Assembly (NCBI GenBank): GCA_963704125.1
Contig: CAVPHA010000015.1
Span: 34,587 to 98,586 of the forward strand
Length of the DNA stretch: 64,000 nt
Direction of reading: 5' to 3'
Origin: an uncultured Acidobacteriota bacterium
Lineage (GTDB): Bacteria; Acidobacteriota; Thermoanaerobaculia; Thermoanaerobaculales; Sulfomarinibacteraceae
The notes beneath the pieces were generated by a model that ran no database searches, was not told where the DNA came from, and was given only the letters and a program-made list of their open reading frames with translations. The translations under genes and the position numbers were made by a program. The first letter of the stretch is position 1; the number at the start of each line of letters is the position of its first letter. Below, piece by piece: positions 8,871 through 18,231 of this stretch.

Positions 8871-9154
8871 GGAGGTATTAGGTATTAGGTGTTAGGTATT
8901 AGGTCATCGCAGTGGTGGTTGCCGGCGGCGCTTCCCCTTTGGATAAATGGTATTGGATGCCTGATTGATTCGCTGCCGGAAGGCGGCTGATTTGCAGCGC
9001 TGACGCCCCGTCGGCGTCGAGGACGACGAAGGTGGCTATGACGCCCACGAGACGTGCGCGCTACAACAAGCGATGCGGAGCCATCCACGAAGTCCTCCAT
9101 CCCAGAAACCGGATACAAATGCGATGGAGCTAATACCTAATACCTGATACCTCC
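8871..9154. repeat. Heptad-periodic palindromic element E4 (GGTATTA subfamily, 208-bp core)
   Basis: 8871-8911: ggaggtatta ggtatta ggtgtta ggtatta ggt CATCGCA. 9120-9154: TGCGATG gagc taatacc taatacc tgatacc tcc. Lies in the divergent pilT / symporter promoter gap. Confidence 0.75.
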
Positions 9155-9178
9155 GTAGCCCCAGCTACAATCCCCCTT

Positions 9179-10570
9179 GTGCCGAGTCTTGCCCTGATCC
9201 TGGTTGCGATCTACGCCATCGGCCTTCTGGCGCTGGCGCGGGGGAAGCCGTCCGCGGGCGGGATGGACTATCTCCTCGCCGGACGCAAGCTGACGCTCCC
9301 CGCCTTTGTCGCCACCCTGGTCACCACCTGGTACGGCGGCATCCTCGGGGTCGGCGAGTACGCCTGGCGCTTCGGGATCTCGACCTGGGTCGTCTTCGGC
9401 CTCCCCTATTACGCGGCCGCCCTGCTCTTCGCCTTCTGGCTCGCGCCGCGGCTGCGCCGAAGCGGCGCCGCGTCGATCCCCGATCTCCTGCTCGGCGCCT
9501 ACGGCCGGGGCGCCCGGCTCACCGGCGCCGCGGCCATCTTCGGTCTTACCCTGCCGGTCGCCTATCTGCTCATGCTGGCGACCCTTCTCACCCAGCTCAC
9601 CGGATGGCCGCCGCTGGTCGCGGTGGCGGTGGGGGCGGCCTTCTCGGCCGCTCTATGTCGGGATCTCGGGCTTCCGATCGGTGGTCCGGACCGACATCCT
9701 CCAGTTCGGACTCATGTACGCGGGGTTCTTCATCCTGCTCCCCGCCGCGCTGGCCCACACCGGCGGTCTTGCCGGTCTCTGGTCGACGCTCCCGGCGGAG
9801 CACCGGAGCTGGGACGGCGGTCTCGGTTGGCAGACGGTCCTGGTCTGGTATCTCATCGCGCTCCAGACCATGGTCGAGCCCAGCTTCTATCAACGGGTCT
9901 TCGCCGCCCGGACCCCCGCCGTCGCCCGTTCCGGCGTCGTGGTTTCGGTGGCGTTGTGGGCGCTCTTCGATTTCTTCTCCATCAGCTGTGGTCTTGCGGC
10001 CCGAGTGCTGCTGCCCCATCTCGACGACCCCCTCACCGCGTACCCCGCGCTCGCCGCAGATGGTGCTGCCGGCCTGGCTCGCTGCCTTTTTCACCCTGGC
10101 GCTCTTCGCCACCGTGATGTCGACCCTCGATTCTTATCTCTTTCTCTCCGCCGCCACCGTCGGCCACGATCTGACGAAGACTCCTCCATCACCCGGACAG
10201 GAGCGCCGGCGCATCCGTGCCGGTCTCTTCCTGTCCGCCATCCTCGCCTCGATCGGCGCCCTGCGTCTTCGACTCGGCGGTGACGGTCTGGCACCATGTC
10301 GGTTCGGTGGTGACCTCGGCGCTGCTGCTGCCCGTGGTCGGCGTCCACCTCCCCCAGCGCTGGCGGTTCAGTCCCATGGCGGCGACGACCGCCATGATCA
10401 GTGCGGCCGCGGTCGCGCTCGGCTGGATTCTCGCCGCCGGCGACGCAGGCTACCCCTTGGGAGTCGAACCCATGTTCCCCGCGCTCGGGTTGTCGGCGCT
10501 GGTTTGGGTCGTGGACAGGTCCAACGCAGAGACGCAGTGGCGCAGAGGCGCAGAGCCATCGCAGGGATGA
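9179..10570 (+). CDS. Sodium:solute symporter (SSS) family transporter, about 3 frame interruptions
   Basis: GTG 9179. Segments in three frames join: ...TTWYGGILGVGEYAWRFGIS..., ...LYVGISGFRSVVRTDILQFGLMYAGFF...SFYQRVFAART..., ...LFATVMSTLDSYLF..., ...VWHHVGSVVTSALLLPVV... The last about 50 nt are repeat E5 sequence. Confidence 0.75.
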
Positions 10571-10802
10571 ACCGCAAGGACGCAAGGGGCGCAAGGACAT
10601 CACATCATTCAATCATCACAACGTCTCAACCACGAAGACGCGAAGGAATCGCACGCGAAGACATCGCAGACGTCGCAAATAGGACGCGGATGATCACGGA
10701 TTCCGCGTTCATCCGCGTCCCATTGCGATGGACCTCTGCGCCTCTGCGTTGAACTGCGATGGTTGCGATGTCCTTGCGTCCCTTGCGACCTTGCGGTTCA
10801 AT
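10520..10802. repeat. Heptad-periodic palindromic element E5 (coreless form)
   Basis: Modules (cgcagag)n-catcgca, atgaac-(cgcaagg)3, tcaac-(cacgaag/acgcgaag)-acatcgca, then GGACGCGGATGA-tcacggattccgcgt-TCATCCGCGTCC at the centre. Followed by cattgcgatg-(ctctgcg)-ttgaac-tgcgatg-(ccttgcg)3-gttcaat. Confidence 0.8.
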
Positions 10803-10843
10803 CTGATCCCGAAGCGGGCGTACAATTCTCCCAGGAGGATCCC

Positions 10844-12396
10844 ATGCTCCCAATTCTCGACAACGACGGGATGCGCGAGGCGGATCGCCACACCATCGAA
10901 GACCTCGGCGTCCCCGGCATGGTGCTCATGGAGAACGCCGCCACCGGCGTCGTCGATGCCATCAGGGAGGTCTTCCCGGACGCCCGCCGGATCCTCATCC
11001 TCTGCGGTCCGGGCAACAACGGCGGCGACGGCTTCGCAGCCGCCCGCCACCTGCACAACGGCGGCCTCGATGTCCAGCTCTGCCTGGTCGGCGATCCCGC
11101 CAGACTCAGCCCCGACGCCGCCGCCAACCACCGTCTGGCGGAGGCCTTCGGCGTACCGACTGGCGGTGGTCGCGGACGATGATCTCTCACTCGTCGAGGC
11201 CATCCTCGACGACTGGCCCACCGATCTCGTGGTCGATGCCATCCTCGGCACAGGGAGCGATCGTCCGTTGACGGGACGCTACGCCGAGCTGGTGAACATC
11301 GTCGCCGCCTCCGGTCTCCCGGTGGTCGCCGTCGATGTTCCCACCGGGCTCAGCGGAAGCTCGTCGGAGATCCCGGGCGCGCATCTCCCGGCCGATCTCA
11401 CGGTGACCTTCGGCGCGCTCAAGATCTGCCACGCCCTGCCACCGGCCTGCATCAGCTGCGGCGAGGTCGCGGTGGTCGACATCGGCATCCCGCCACAGGC
11501 GATCGAGCAGGGTTGCTCGCTGCGGATGACCGAGGCGGAGGACATCGCGCTCATGCTCCCAGACCGTCGTCCCGACGGGCACAAGGGGCGGTTCGGCCAC
11601 CTCCTCATCGTCGCCGGCGCCAGCGGTCGCGGCGGTGCGGTCGCGATGGCCGCCAAATCGGCCGTCGTCATCGGCTCCGGGCTGGTCACCATGGCGGTTC
11701 CCGAACCCGTGGTCCCGGTCGTCGACGCCGCCTGTCTCGAGGCCATGACCCTCGGCCTTCCCGCCGACAAGAGAGGAGCCTTCGCCGGCGAAAAGGGGTT
11801 GGAGGACATCGTCGCGAGAGCGACGGCCATCGCAGCCGGACCGGGGATGGGGACCGGCGCGGGGGCGAAGAAGACCCTCGACTGGCTCCTGAAAAAGTGG
11901 GACGGACCGCTGCTTCTCGACGCCGACGCCATCAATCTTCTCGCCGGTTCGCCCAAGCGGTTGGCGGGTCGCAAGATCCCCGCGGTGCTCACCCCTCATC
12001 CCGGTGAACTCGCCAGGCTGCTCGGCGTGTCCACCGAGGCCGTTCTCGCCGACCGGCTCGACGCCGCGCGCTAGGCGGCGCGGCGATCCGGCGCCGTCGT
12101 CGTCGCCAAGGGCTACGGCACCATCATCGCCGAACCGGAGGGTCAGACATGGGTCAATCCCGACCGGTGACGTCGGTCTCGCCTCCGGGGGCTCCGGCGA
12201 TGTCCTCACCGGCGCCATCGGCGGGCTGCTCGCCCAGGGAGTCGATCCGCTGCGGGCCGCGCTCGTCGGCTGCTGGCTGCACGGCCGGGCCGGCGAGATC
12301 GGCGGCGAGATCTACCCCGCCGCCGTGCCTGCGAGCGAGCTTCCCGCCCTGCTCGCCGATGCCTGGAACGACCTGGAGGAACCGCGAGACGAATGA
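10844..12396 (+). CDS. nnr: Bifunctional NAD(P)H-hydrate repair enzyme Nnr (epimerase + ADP-dependent dehydratase), about 3-4 frame interruptions
   Basis: RBS AGGAGGA lies before ATG 10844. YjeF-N: [24 protein letters not shown]...[11 protein letters not shown]. Dehydratase: [28 protein letters not shown]...GPGMGTG...[13 protein letters not shown]...[11 protein letters not shown]. Stitched from three frames. Confidence 0.85.
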
Positions 12397-12872
12397 ACCT
12401 GCTGCAAACCTCGACCATCGCCGAGACCTTCGCGAGCCCGTCGGCCGACGCCACCGAAGCGGTCGGCGCAGCGCTCGCCGAGCTGCCTTCAGCCCGGTGA
12501 TGTGGTGCTCCTCGAGGGTGATCTCGCGGCCGGCAAGACGACCCTGGTGCGCGGCGCTGGTCCGCGCCCTCGGCGGCGACGCGACCGATGTCTCGTCACC
12601 CACGTTCGTGCTGCTGCAGAGCTACCACTGCAACCGCGGGTTCGTCGCGACCCTCCACCACGTGGATCTCTACCGTCTCGGCGAGAAGATCTCGGATCTC
12701 CGCGAGATCGGCATCGAGGAGGTGCTCTCGGATCCTGCCGCCGTGGTCGCGGTGGAGTGGCCGAAGGATGTGCTCGCGACCTGGATCCCCGCCGACGCGA
12801 GGGTCTGGCGGGTCGATCATCACCACCGGCGACGACGACGCGAGGCGCATCGAGGTCGTGGCGCCCGGGTAG
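12393..12872 (+). CDS. tsaE: tRNA t6A37 biosynthesis ATPase TsaE, about 3 frame interruptions
   Basis: ATG 12393 overlaps the nnr [21 protein letters not shown] (P-loop), [28 protein letters not shown]. Fragments lie in three frames, and the first and last share a frame. Confidence 0.8.
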
Positions 12873-12877
12873 CGGAC

Positions 12878-13408
12878 ATCAGAACCGCAAAGACGCGAAG
12901 ACGCCAAGACATCGCACACGAAGCCATCGCAAACGTCGCAAATAGGACGCGGATGAACGCGGATTCCGCGGATCAACACGGATCGGGTCCAGTGCCGACG
13001 TCGGCGCCTTCATTCTGATGGTCGTCAACCGGCCGGACGGTTGCCCTCGTCCAAGGGCCGAGGACCCAAGGCTCTGAGATTCGTCGGTATCGATCCTCTC
13101 CGAATCGATGACCAATCGTTTCTCAAGAATAGATAGATTGGGAGTGGATCCCAGGCGGAGCCGGCGCGCCGTAGGCGTGGCGGCCTGTGTATCGGGTGGG
13201 TGTGACGAACGCTGGCGTTCGGCGCGCCCACCCGATTCACAGGTGGTGGCGGTCCGACCGCCACCGACTCCGCCGCCTTCTTCGGCTGCGATGATCCGTG
13301 GAATCCGCGTTCATCCGCGTCCCATTGCGATGGTGCGATGCCTCTGCGTCTCTGCGTCTCTGCGTTGAAATGCGATGCTTTGCGCCCTTTGCGCCTTTGC
13401 GGTGAATC
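12878..13408. repeat. Heptad-periodic palindromic element E6 (long form with about 300-bp core)
   Basis: Left: agaac cgcaaag acgcgaag acgccaag acatcgca...catcgca aacgtcgca aat aggacgcggatgaacgcggattccgcggatca. Right (13290-13408) is the inverted copy: tgatccgtggaatccgcgttcatccgcgtcc cat tgcgatg...(ctctgcg)3 ttgaaa tgcgatg (ctttgcg)3 gtgaat. Confidence 0.8.
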
Positions 13409-13414
13409 ACCCGA

Positions 13415-14155
13415 TCAGGTCACGAGGATCCCGCCATCCACGGGGATGATGGCTCCGGTCATCCAGGAGGAGGCGTCCGACAACAGGTAGAGCACCATGG
13501 AGGAAATATCCCGCGGCTGGCCGATCCGGCCGAGGGGGTGCATGGCGCCCATGCCGACGACATCGTCACGGCTCATCCCGCGTCCGTCGTGGATCGGGGT
13601 GTCGACGACCGCCGGCATGATGGCGTTGACCCGCACCGTCGGCGCCCACTCGAGGGCGAGACACCGTGTCATGTGGTTGAGCGCGGCCTTGGATGCGTTG
13701 TACGCGATCATCCCCGGGATCACCCGGTCGGCCAGGGATGACGAGATGTTGACCACCGCCGGGGACTTGCCCTTCTTGAGCAGAGGCCCGAGGGCTCGGC
13801 TGAGGAGGTAGGGTCCGCGTACATTGACCGCGAAGACCCGGTCCCAGGTTTCGGGTTCGGTGTCGTCGAGGGTGGCCATCGGGGCGATCCCGGCGTTGTT
13901 GACCAGACCGTCGGCGGCGCCCCAGCGATCCTCGACCGCCCGCACCAGCGCCTCGACCTGATCGACGTCGGCAACATCGCAGGCGAAGGACCAGGCGCGA
14001 TCGCCGAGCCCGCCCACCACCTCGGCAAGCACCTCGGTGCGGCGCGCCACCAAACAGACTTCGGCGCCCGCCTCGTGCAGCAGATGGGCCGCATCGAGAC
14101 CGATCCCGCTCGACGCTCCGGTAACGATCACCCGTTGATTTCGTACTTCCAGCAT
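13415..14155 (-). CDS. Short-chain dehydrogenase/reductase (classical SDR)
   Basis: 246 codons, intact. TGASSGIG cofactor motif, NNAG, catalytic Y-x3-K (YNASKAAL). Confidence 0.9.
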   Translation of the reverse strand: MLEVRNQRVIVTGASSGIGLDAAHLLHEAGAEVCLVARRTEVLAEVVGGLGDRAWSFACDVADVDQVEALVRAVEDRWGAADGLVNNAGIAPMATLDDTEPETWDRVFAVNVRGPYLLSRALGPLLKKGKSPAVVNISSSLADRVIPGMIAYNASKAALNHMTRCLALEWAPTVRVNAIMPAVVDTPIHDGRGMSRDDVVGMGAMHPLGRIGQPRDISSMVLYLLSDASSWMTGAIIPVDGGILVT

Positions 14156-14326
14156 GGTTCCTCCGTTGGCGCTCGATTTTGCGGCTGCTCAGGGCTCGCT
14201 CGGAGCTTGCGGGTCTAGAATGGGTTCGATGACCAGTCCCGTGTCTTTCGTCGCACCGAGCCATCGACGCCTCGTACAACCACCCGGTTTCGCCGGCATT
14301 CCCATCGCCACCGGACGTAACCCGCG

Positions 14327-16354
14327 ATGAGCGGCGCCTGGGTCCTCGTCGCCCTCCTCGGTCCGCCGTTGGCGGCGCTCATCGCCGGTTTGACCCTGAG
14401 CGCGCGCCCGGTTCACCCGTTGGTCGTGATCGGGCTCAATGCGGTTTCGCCGGGCGCGGGGTTGGCGGCGGCGGGCAGACCGACCGTCGAATCGGCGTTC
14501 TGCGTCCTCATGGCACAGGCGAGCCTCGTCATCGCCGGCGCGATGGGGTCGCTGGGTTACTCGGTCCCGTTCATGATCGTCGGCGCCGTGTGGGCCTCGC
14601 TCTACACCCCGTTCAACCCGGCGGTGGTGGCCGACAAGGCTCTCGACCTCCCCGGGCGGGCGCTGGAGTCGCTGCCAACCACCTCGGCGAAAGCGGCGCC
14701 CCGAACACCCGCGATCTCCGGTTCCGCCATCGCATCCGAAGGAGACGAGTCCGCGACCGGCTACGCCGTCGAGGTAAAGTGCACCGAGTGCGGCGCCGAT
14801 GTCTCGGTGCCGGTGCTCCAGCGCATGGCCCACTGCGGTTTCTGCGGCAGCGACCACCTGGTGGTTGGCCACGATCAGACCTTGTATTTGAGCCTCCCCG
14901 AAAAGACCCCGACAGAGGCAGATCTCAAGGAGGCGCTCCTCGACCATTACCGATACCAGCACTACCTCAAACTCTTCCAGGCGTCGGTTCCCATGTTCCA
15001 GGTCGGCGCCACCGAGGCGACCGCGTCCGGCGCCCTGATCAGCCGACCGGAGGCCGAAGCCGCCGCCGCAGCGGCCGAGGCCATGGTCGCGAAAAAGGCG
15101 GACGCCTACCGCGCAAAACTCGCCCGCCAGCTCCAGATCGGCCGAACCGAGCGCTTTCTGTCTCCCTATCGCCACGGGATGGGAACCCTCTACCAGGCCG
15201 GCTTCGGCCGCCGCAAGGAGGACCAGGAGAAGACCCTCGGCTTCAAGATCGCCACCATCGAGGCCTCGGCCGCCGCGTCCTCGGCCGTCAAACTGCCCGA
15301 GATGGGCAAGCTCACCTACCTCCGGGCGCTGCACCCGGCCGCCGAGCGCCCGGCCGACGAGCTCAGTCTGGCCCTCGACCTCGACGAAGAAGTGTTACGA
15401 GGCGCGTTCGGCCATCTCGACCGCAAACAACTCGACCGCTCCATCAACACCATCCGACTCGGGTCGCGGTTCATCCGCGAGGTCAGCGCCGTCGTCTGGC
15501 GGCCGTGGTGGATCGTCGAGGTCTCCGCGCCAAAGATCCACGAACGGATCCTGGTCGACAGCGCCTCGGGATCGGTGATCGGCGCGGCCCCCACCTTCGA
15601 CCGCGGCGCGCTGCTCACCGAGTTACCCGAGGCCGCCCGCGATGCCGGCAGCGGGCTCCACTTCATCCCCATGGAGTGCCCCACCTGCGGCCACGAATTC
15701 GGTTTCGACAGCGACGCTGTGCTCCATTTTTGTAGAAACTGCCACCGAGTCTGCCGGGTTTCTGGCCGGCGCAAGGAAATTGTCGAATATTCCCGCACCG
15801 ATAGCATTGACGATGGCTTCGATCTCGTGCCCTTCTGGCTCTTCCCGCTCAGGATCCGGACTGCCGGCGGTGAACTCATCACCGATCTCGCCCACCTCAA
15901 GGACGGGATCGACGGCACCATGGACCAGATCGGCGACGACGCCCCCATGCGGCAGCACGGGCTCTACGTGCCCGCCATCCGCTGCATCAACTCGCGGCTC
16001 ATGGGCGAAGCCTTCAACCGGCTCTTCGACCACACCATCCGCGAGCGGTTCCGTACCAACCACGAACGCTACCCTCTCGACCTCAAACCCCGGCCGTGGT
16101 CGATCCATCTCGACGAAGCCGAGGCGCGCAATCTCGCGCCGCTCTATCTCGCCAACGCCTTCGGCCGCCGCGACCTCGCCCGGGTCAACGTCGACCAGGT
16201 GGCGAGCTGGCTCTTCGACGCCGAACAGGAAACCGAGGGCCGACTCGTCTACCTGCCCATCCCCAGGGTCGTGACCAATCCCTTCCGGCAGTACATCGGG
16301 CGATTCCAGGGGCGGGCGTTGGGAAAGGGCGACGAAGGGGGCTTGAGGGCTTGA
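14327..16354 (+). CDS. Hypothetical membrane-anchored protein with two CxxC-x14-CxxC zinc ribbons
   Basis: 675-codon uninterrupted ORF. The first 100 aa are hydrophobic (about 3 predicted TM helices). Ribbons CTECGADVSVPVLQRMAHCGFC (nt 14780-14845) and CPTCGHEFGFDSDAVLHFCRNC (nt 15677-15742). I recognise no family. Confidence 0.6.
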   Translation: MSGAWVLVALLGPPLAALIAGLTLSARPVHPLVVIGLNAVSPGAGLAAAGRPTVESAFCVLMAQASLVIAGAMGSLGYSVPFMIVGAVWASLYTPFNPAVVADKALDLPGRALESLPTTSAKAAPRTPAISGSAIASEGDESATGYAVEVKCTECGADVSVPVLQRMAHCGFCGSDHLVVGHDQTLYLSLPEKTPTEADLKEALLDHYRYQHYLKLFQASVPMFQVGATEATASGALISRPEAEAAAAAAEAMVAKKADAYRAKLARQLQIGRTERFLSPYRHGMGTLYQAGFGRRKEDQEKTLGFKIATIEASAAASSAVKLPEMGKLTYLRALHPAAERPADELSLALDLDEEVLRGAFGHLDRKQLDRSINTIRLGSRFIREVSAVVWRPWWIVEVSAPKIHERILVDSASGSVIGAAPTFDRGALLTELPEAARDAGSGLHFIPMECPTCGHEFGFDSDAVLHFCRNCHRVCRVSGRRKEIVEYSRTDSIDDGFDLVPFWLFPLRIRTAGGELITDLAHLKDGIDGTMDQIGDDAPMRQHGLYVPAIRCINSRLMGEAFNRLFDHTIRERFRTNHERYPLDLKPRPWSIHLDEAEARNLAPLYLANAFGRRDLARVNVDQVASWLFDAEQETEGRLVYLPIPRVVTNPFRQYIGRFQGRALGKGDEGGLRA

Positions 16355-16410
16355 GTCCGCGTCCGGGTCCGCCAGCGGTACCGATGACCTTCTGGGCTTG
16401 AACCACCGAG

Positions 16411-16576
16411 TTTGAAACACAAAGGACACAAAGAGCCACGAAGGTGCCACCAAGCATCGAAGATTGAGCCGCGTTCTTTCCGTTTCTGACTGCGGGGCCT
16501 ATTCCGATACCTTGCGATGAGTCAGAAGATGTCCTTTGTGGTTTCTTTGTGGATCTTGGTGCTCTTTGTGTTTCAG
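16411..16576. repeat. Heptad-periodic palindromic element E7 (CACRAAG subfamily)
   Basis: 16411-16462: ttgaaa cacaaag gacacaaag agccacgaag gtgccaccaag catcgaag. 16511-16576: cttgcgatg...tcctttgtg gtttctttgtg gatcttggtg ctctttgtg tttcag. Spacer about 48 nt. Confidence 0.8.
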
Positions 16577-16613
16577 ATATGTGCGCAGCGGTCCGCGTGG
16601 TTACAGCCCTATC

Positions 16614-16658
16614 GGGCACGGGCACGGGCTCGGGCACGGGCTCGGGCTCGGGCTCGGG
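16614..16658. repeat. Hexamer tandem array (GGGCWC)7
   Basis: gggcac gggcac gggctc gggcac gggctc gggctc gggctc, read directly. An inverted counterpart array lies at 42042-42074. Confidence 0.8.
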
Positions 16659-16707
16659 AGAGGGTGCGCTATTCTTAACCGGCAGTATTAAAGACACCGG
16701 AGGAGCC

Positions 16708-17136
16708 ATGGCAGCCGAAATCTTCACCAGCAAATGGGCCGATCTCTGGACCGACGCGATCAACGCCAACGCCGACTACAAGAAGGCCGCGACCAAGTGG
16801 GAGGGCGCCATCGGCCTGGTCATGACCGTCGACGGCGACATGGGGATCCCGTCGGAGCGGATCGTCGTTGCCGATCTCTGGCACGGCGACTGCCGCGGCG
16901 CGGCCACCGCCACCGAAGCCGATCTCGAAGACGTTCCCTATCTCATCAAGGCCAACCCCGCCACCTGGAAGAGTGTGCTCATCGGCAAGACCGACCCCAT
17001 CGTCGGCCTCATGGGCGGCAAGCTCAAGCTCGCCAAGGGCAGCCTCTTCGCGTTGCTTCCGTATGCCAAGGCGGCGAAAGAGCTGGTCAACTCGGCGATC
17101 GCGGTGGACACCAGCTATCCCGACGGCTGGAACTGA
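16708..17136 (+). CDS. SCP2 sterol-binding domain protein
   Basis: RBS GGAGGAG lies before ATG 16708. 142 codons. FTSKWADLWTDAINANADYKKAA...LIGKTDPIVGLMGGKLKLAKGSLFALLPYAKAAKEL is a typical SCP-2 fold signature. Confidence 0.8.
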   Translation: MAAEIFTSKWADLWTDAINANADYKKAATKWEGAIGLVMTVDGDMGIPSERIVVADLWHGDCRGAATATEADLEDVPYLIKANPATWKSVLIGKTDPIVGLMGGKLKLAKGSLFALLPYAKAAKELVNSAIAVDTSYPDGWN

Positions 17137-17839
17137 GGGCCGGGGCAGGCGACCGGGGCAGCGTCGCGGCATGGCACTCGGCTGTTCCTGAGGCAGCGTC
17201 CGCTGACGACGGCCGATGTCAAGGGCATGACGAATCGCCGCGACGGCGACCCTGTGACATCGGCAGCATCTCAGCGGCTGGTCGGGGGCATGAACGACCA
17301 GGACAGTGACCGCGGCACGACGCGCAGCTGCTGATCACCGGCGTCATCGCCCACCGTAAAGCCCTCGAGAGCCGCACGGCATCGCAATGCCGGATCGACC
17401 CTCCGGCATCTCGGCGACGTGCACGAGCCATCGCCGTGACCGGCGCTCGCCTCCGGACGATCGGCCTCATCGCCGCGGCAAGGTGCCTCGGCGCACGAAG
17501 CAAGCCGCCGGCGTCTGCATCGTGCGGCGTCGCAACCCGGCCGATGCACCACTCACGCGATCCCGTCGATACGGGCGACGCCGGGACGACCGAAGGCGGA
17601 TCTCGTGTCCAGGACGGTGCCGTGCAGAACCGGCGAATCCAGTCGGCAGCCGATCCGGGATCACTCCGCGTCGATTTCCGAGACCGATGCCGACCAGGGC
17701 ACGCGGAATCGGCGTTCATCGGGACGTGCACGTAATTGTGCCTCATCGACCATCCGGCACGCGCCGCGCGCCGCGCACAATTGCGTCACGGGGCACTCCA
17801 CGGGGAGAGCGATGCGGTCTTCTGTTCCGGCTCGGAGGC

Positions 17840-17962
17840 AGGCCGCCGGCGTACCATCGGCGTGGTCGCAGCCCTTCCAATCCACCCCCGAGCGACCACG
17901 CCGATGGGGCGACGCTGGGGCGCTGGGACGCCAAGCGTCACGGCGGACCAGAAGGCCGGAGC
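17840..17962. repeat. Hairpin repeat, copy B (reverse orientation of 2452-2560)
   Basis: Same 16-bp stem (17854-17869 / 17892-17907), with the loop being the reverse complement of copy A's loop. Flanks align over about 120 nt. Confidence 0.7.
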
Positions 17963-18043
17963 CGTGACAGAACCGGCGATCCGCAGACCGAGGCCACGGC
18001 GACCGAATGCCGAAGCCAGCGACCGTAGCCACTTCCAAAATAT

Positions 18044-18231
18044 TGCCGCAGCTTGACAGTCGCACTGCGGCATTTTTTCATCCTTCCAACCGATTCAATC
18101 TCGAATTATTCAGATTTAAAATATTTAAAAACAATCATTTAACATCTTTTTGCCGCAAAGCGGCAAAAAACCCTTGACACGTATGCCGCAGCGCGTTATA
18201 TTCTGTCCATCGGGAATGCCGCAGAGCGGCA
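18044..18231. promoter_or_regulatory. Cluster of TGCCGCA/TGCGGCA palindromes (operator candidates) around the phasin promoter
   Basis: TGCCGCAG-13nt-CTGCGGCA (18044-18072). TGCCGCaaaGCGGCA (18151-18165). Half-site TGCCGCA (18184-18190, inside the spacer). TGCCGCagaGCGGCA (18217-18231, just downstream of the -10). Confidence 0.5.
18174..18202 (+). promoter_or_regulatory. Sigma70-type promoter (TTGACA-17 nt-TATATT) for the phasin gene
   Basis: Consensus -35 at 18174-18179, exact 17-nt spacer, -10 TATATT at 18197-18202. An AT-rich UP-like tract lies at 18090-18150. The CDS starts at 18305. Confidence 0.65.

Noticed and set aside
10468-10486. tRNA-like T-arm (GGGTTCGACTCCC on the minus strand)
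   Set aside because: It sits inside the symporter coding sequence (GYPLGVEPMF). No acceptor, D or anticodon arms can be drawn around it.
14189-15334. 381-aa minus-strand ORF (and similar ones at 15316-15948 and 15623-16453)
   Set aside because: They are antisense to the intact 675-aa gene. Their low-complexity Arg/Gly composition marks them as GC artefacts.
16549-16707. N-terminal extension of the SCP2 gene through the GT/GS-encoding hexamer array
   Set aside because: A strong RBS (GGAGGAG) sits directly before ATG 16708. The extension consists of repeat-derived low-complexity sequence, and SCP2 homologues start near MAAEIF.
2452-17962. The 15-kb segment flanked by inverted hairpin repeats as a composite transposon or genomic island
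   Set aside because: Its content is core housekeeping (alaS, recX, deoD, tsaE, nnr, pilT) with no transposase, integrase or tRNA boundary. The repeats are only about 120 nt. This is kept only as a possible inversion substrate.
17219-18073. ORFs of 95-213 aa in the 17.1-18.1 kb gap
   Set aside because: All are Arg/Pro/Ser-rich, mutually overlapping on both strands, and without motifs. One is largely the hairpin repeat. I could not recover a decayed gene by eye, although a frameshift-aware search should still be run.
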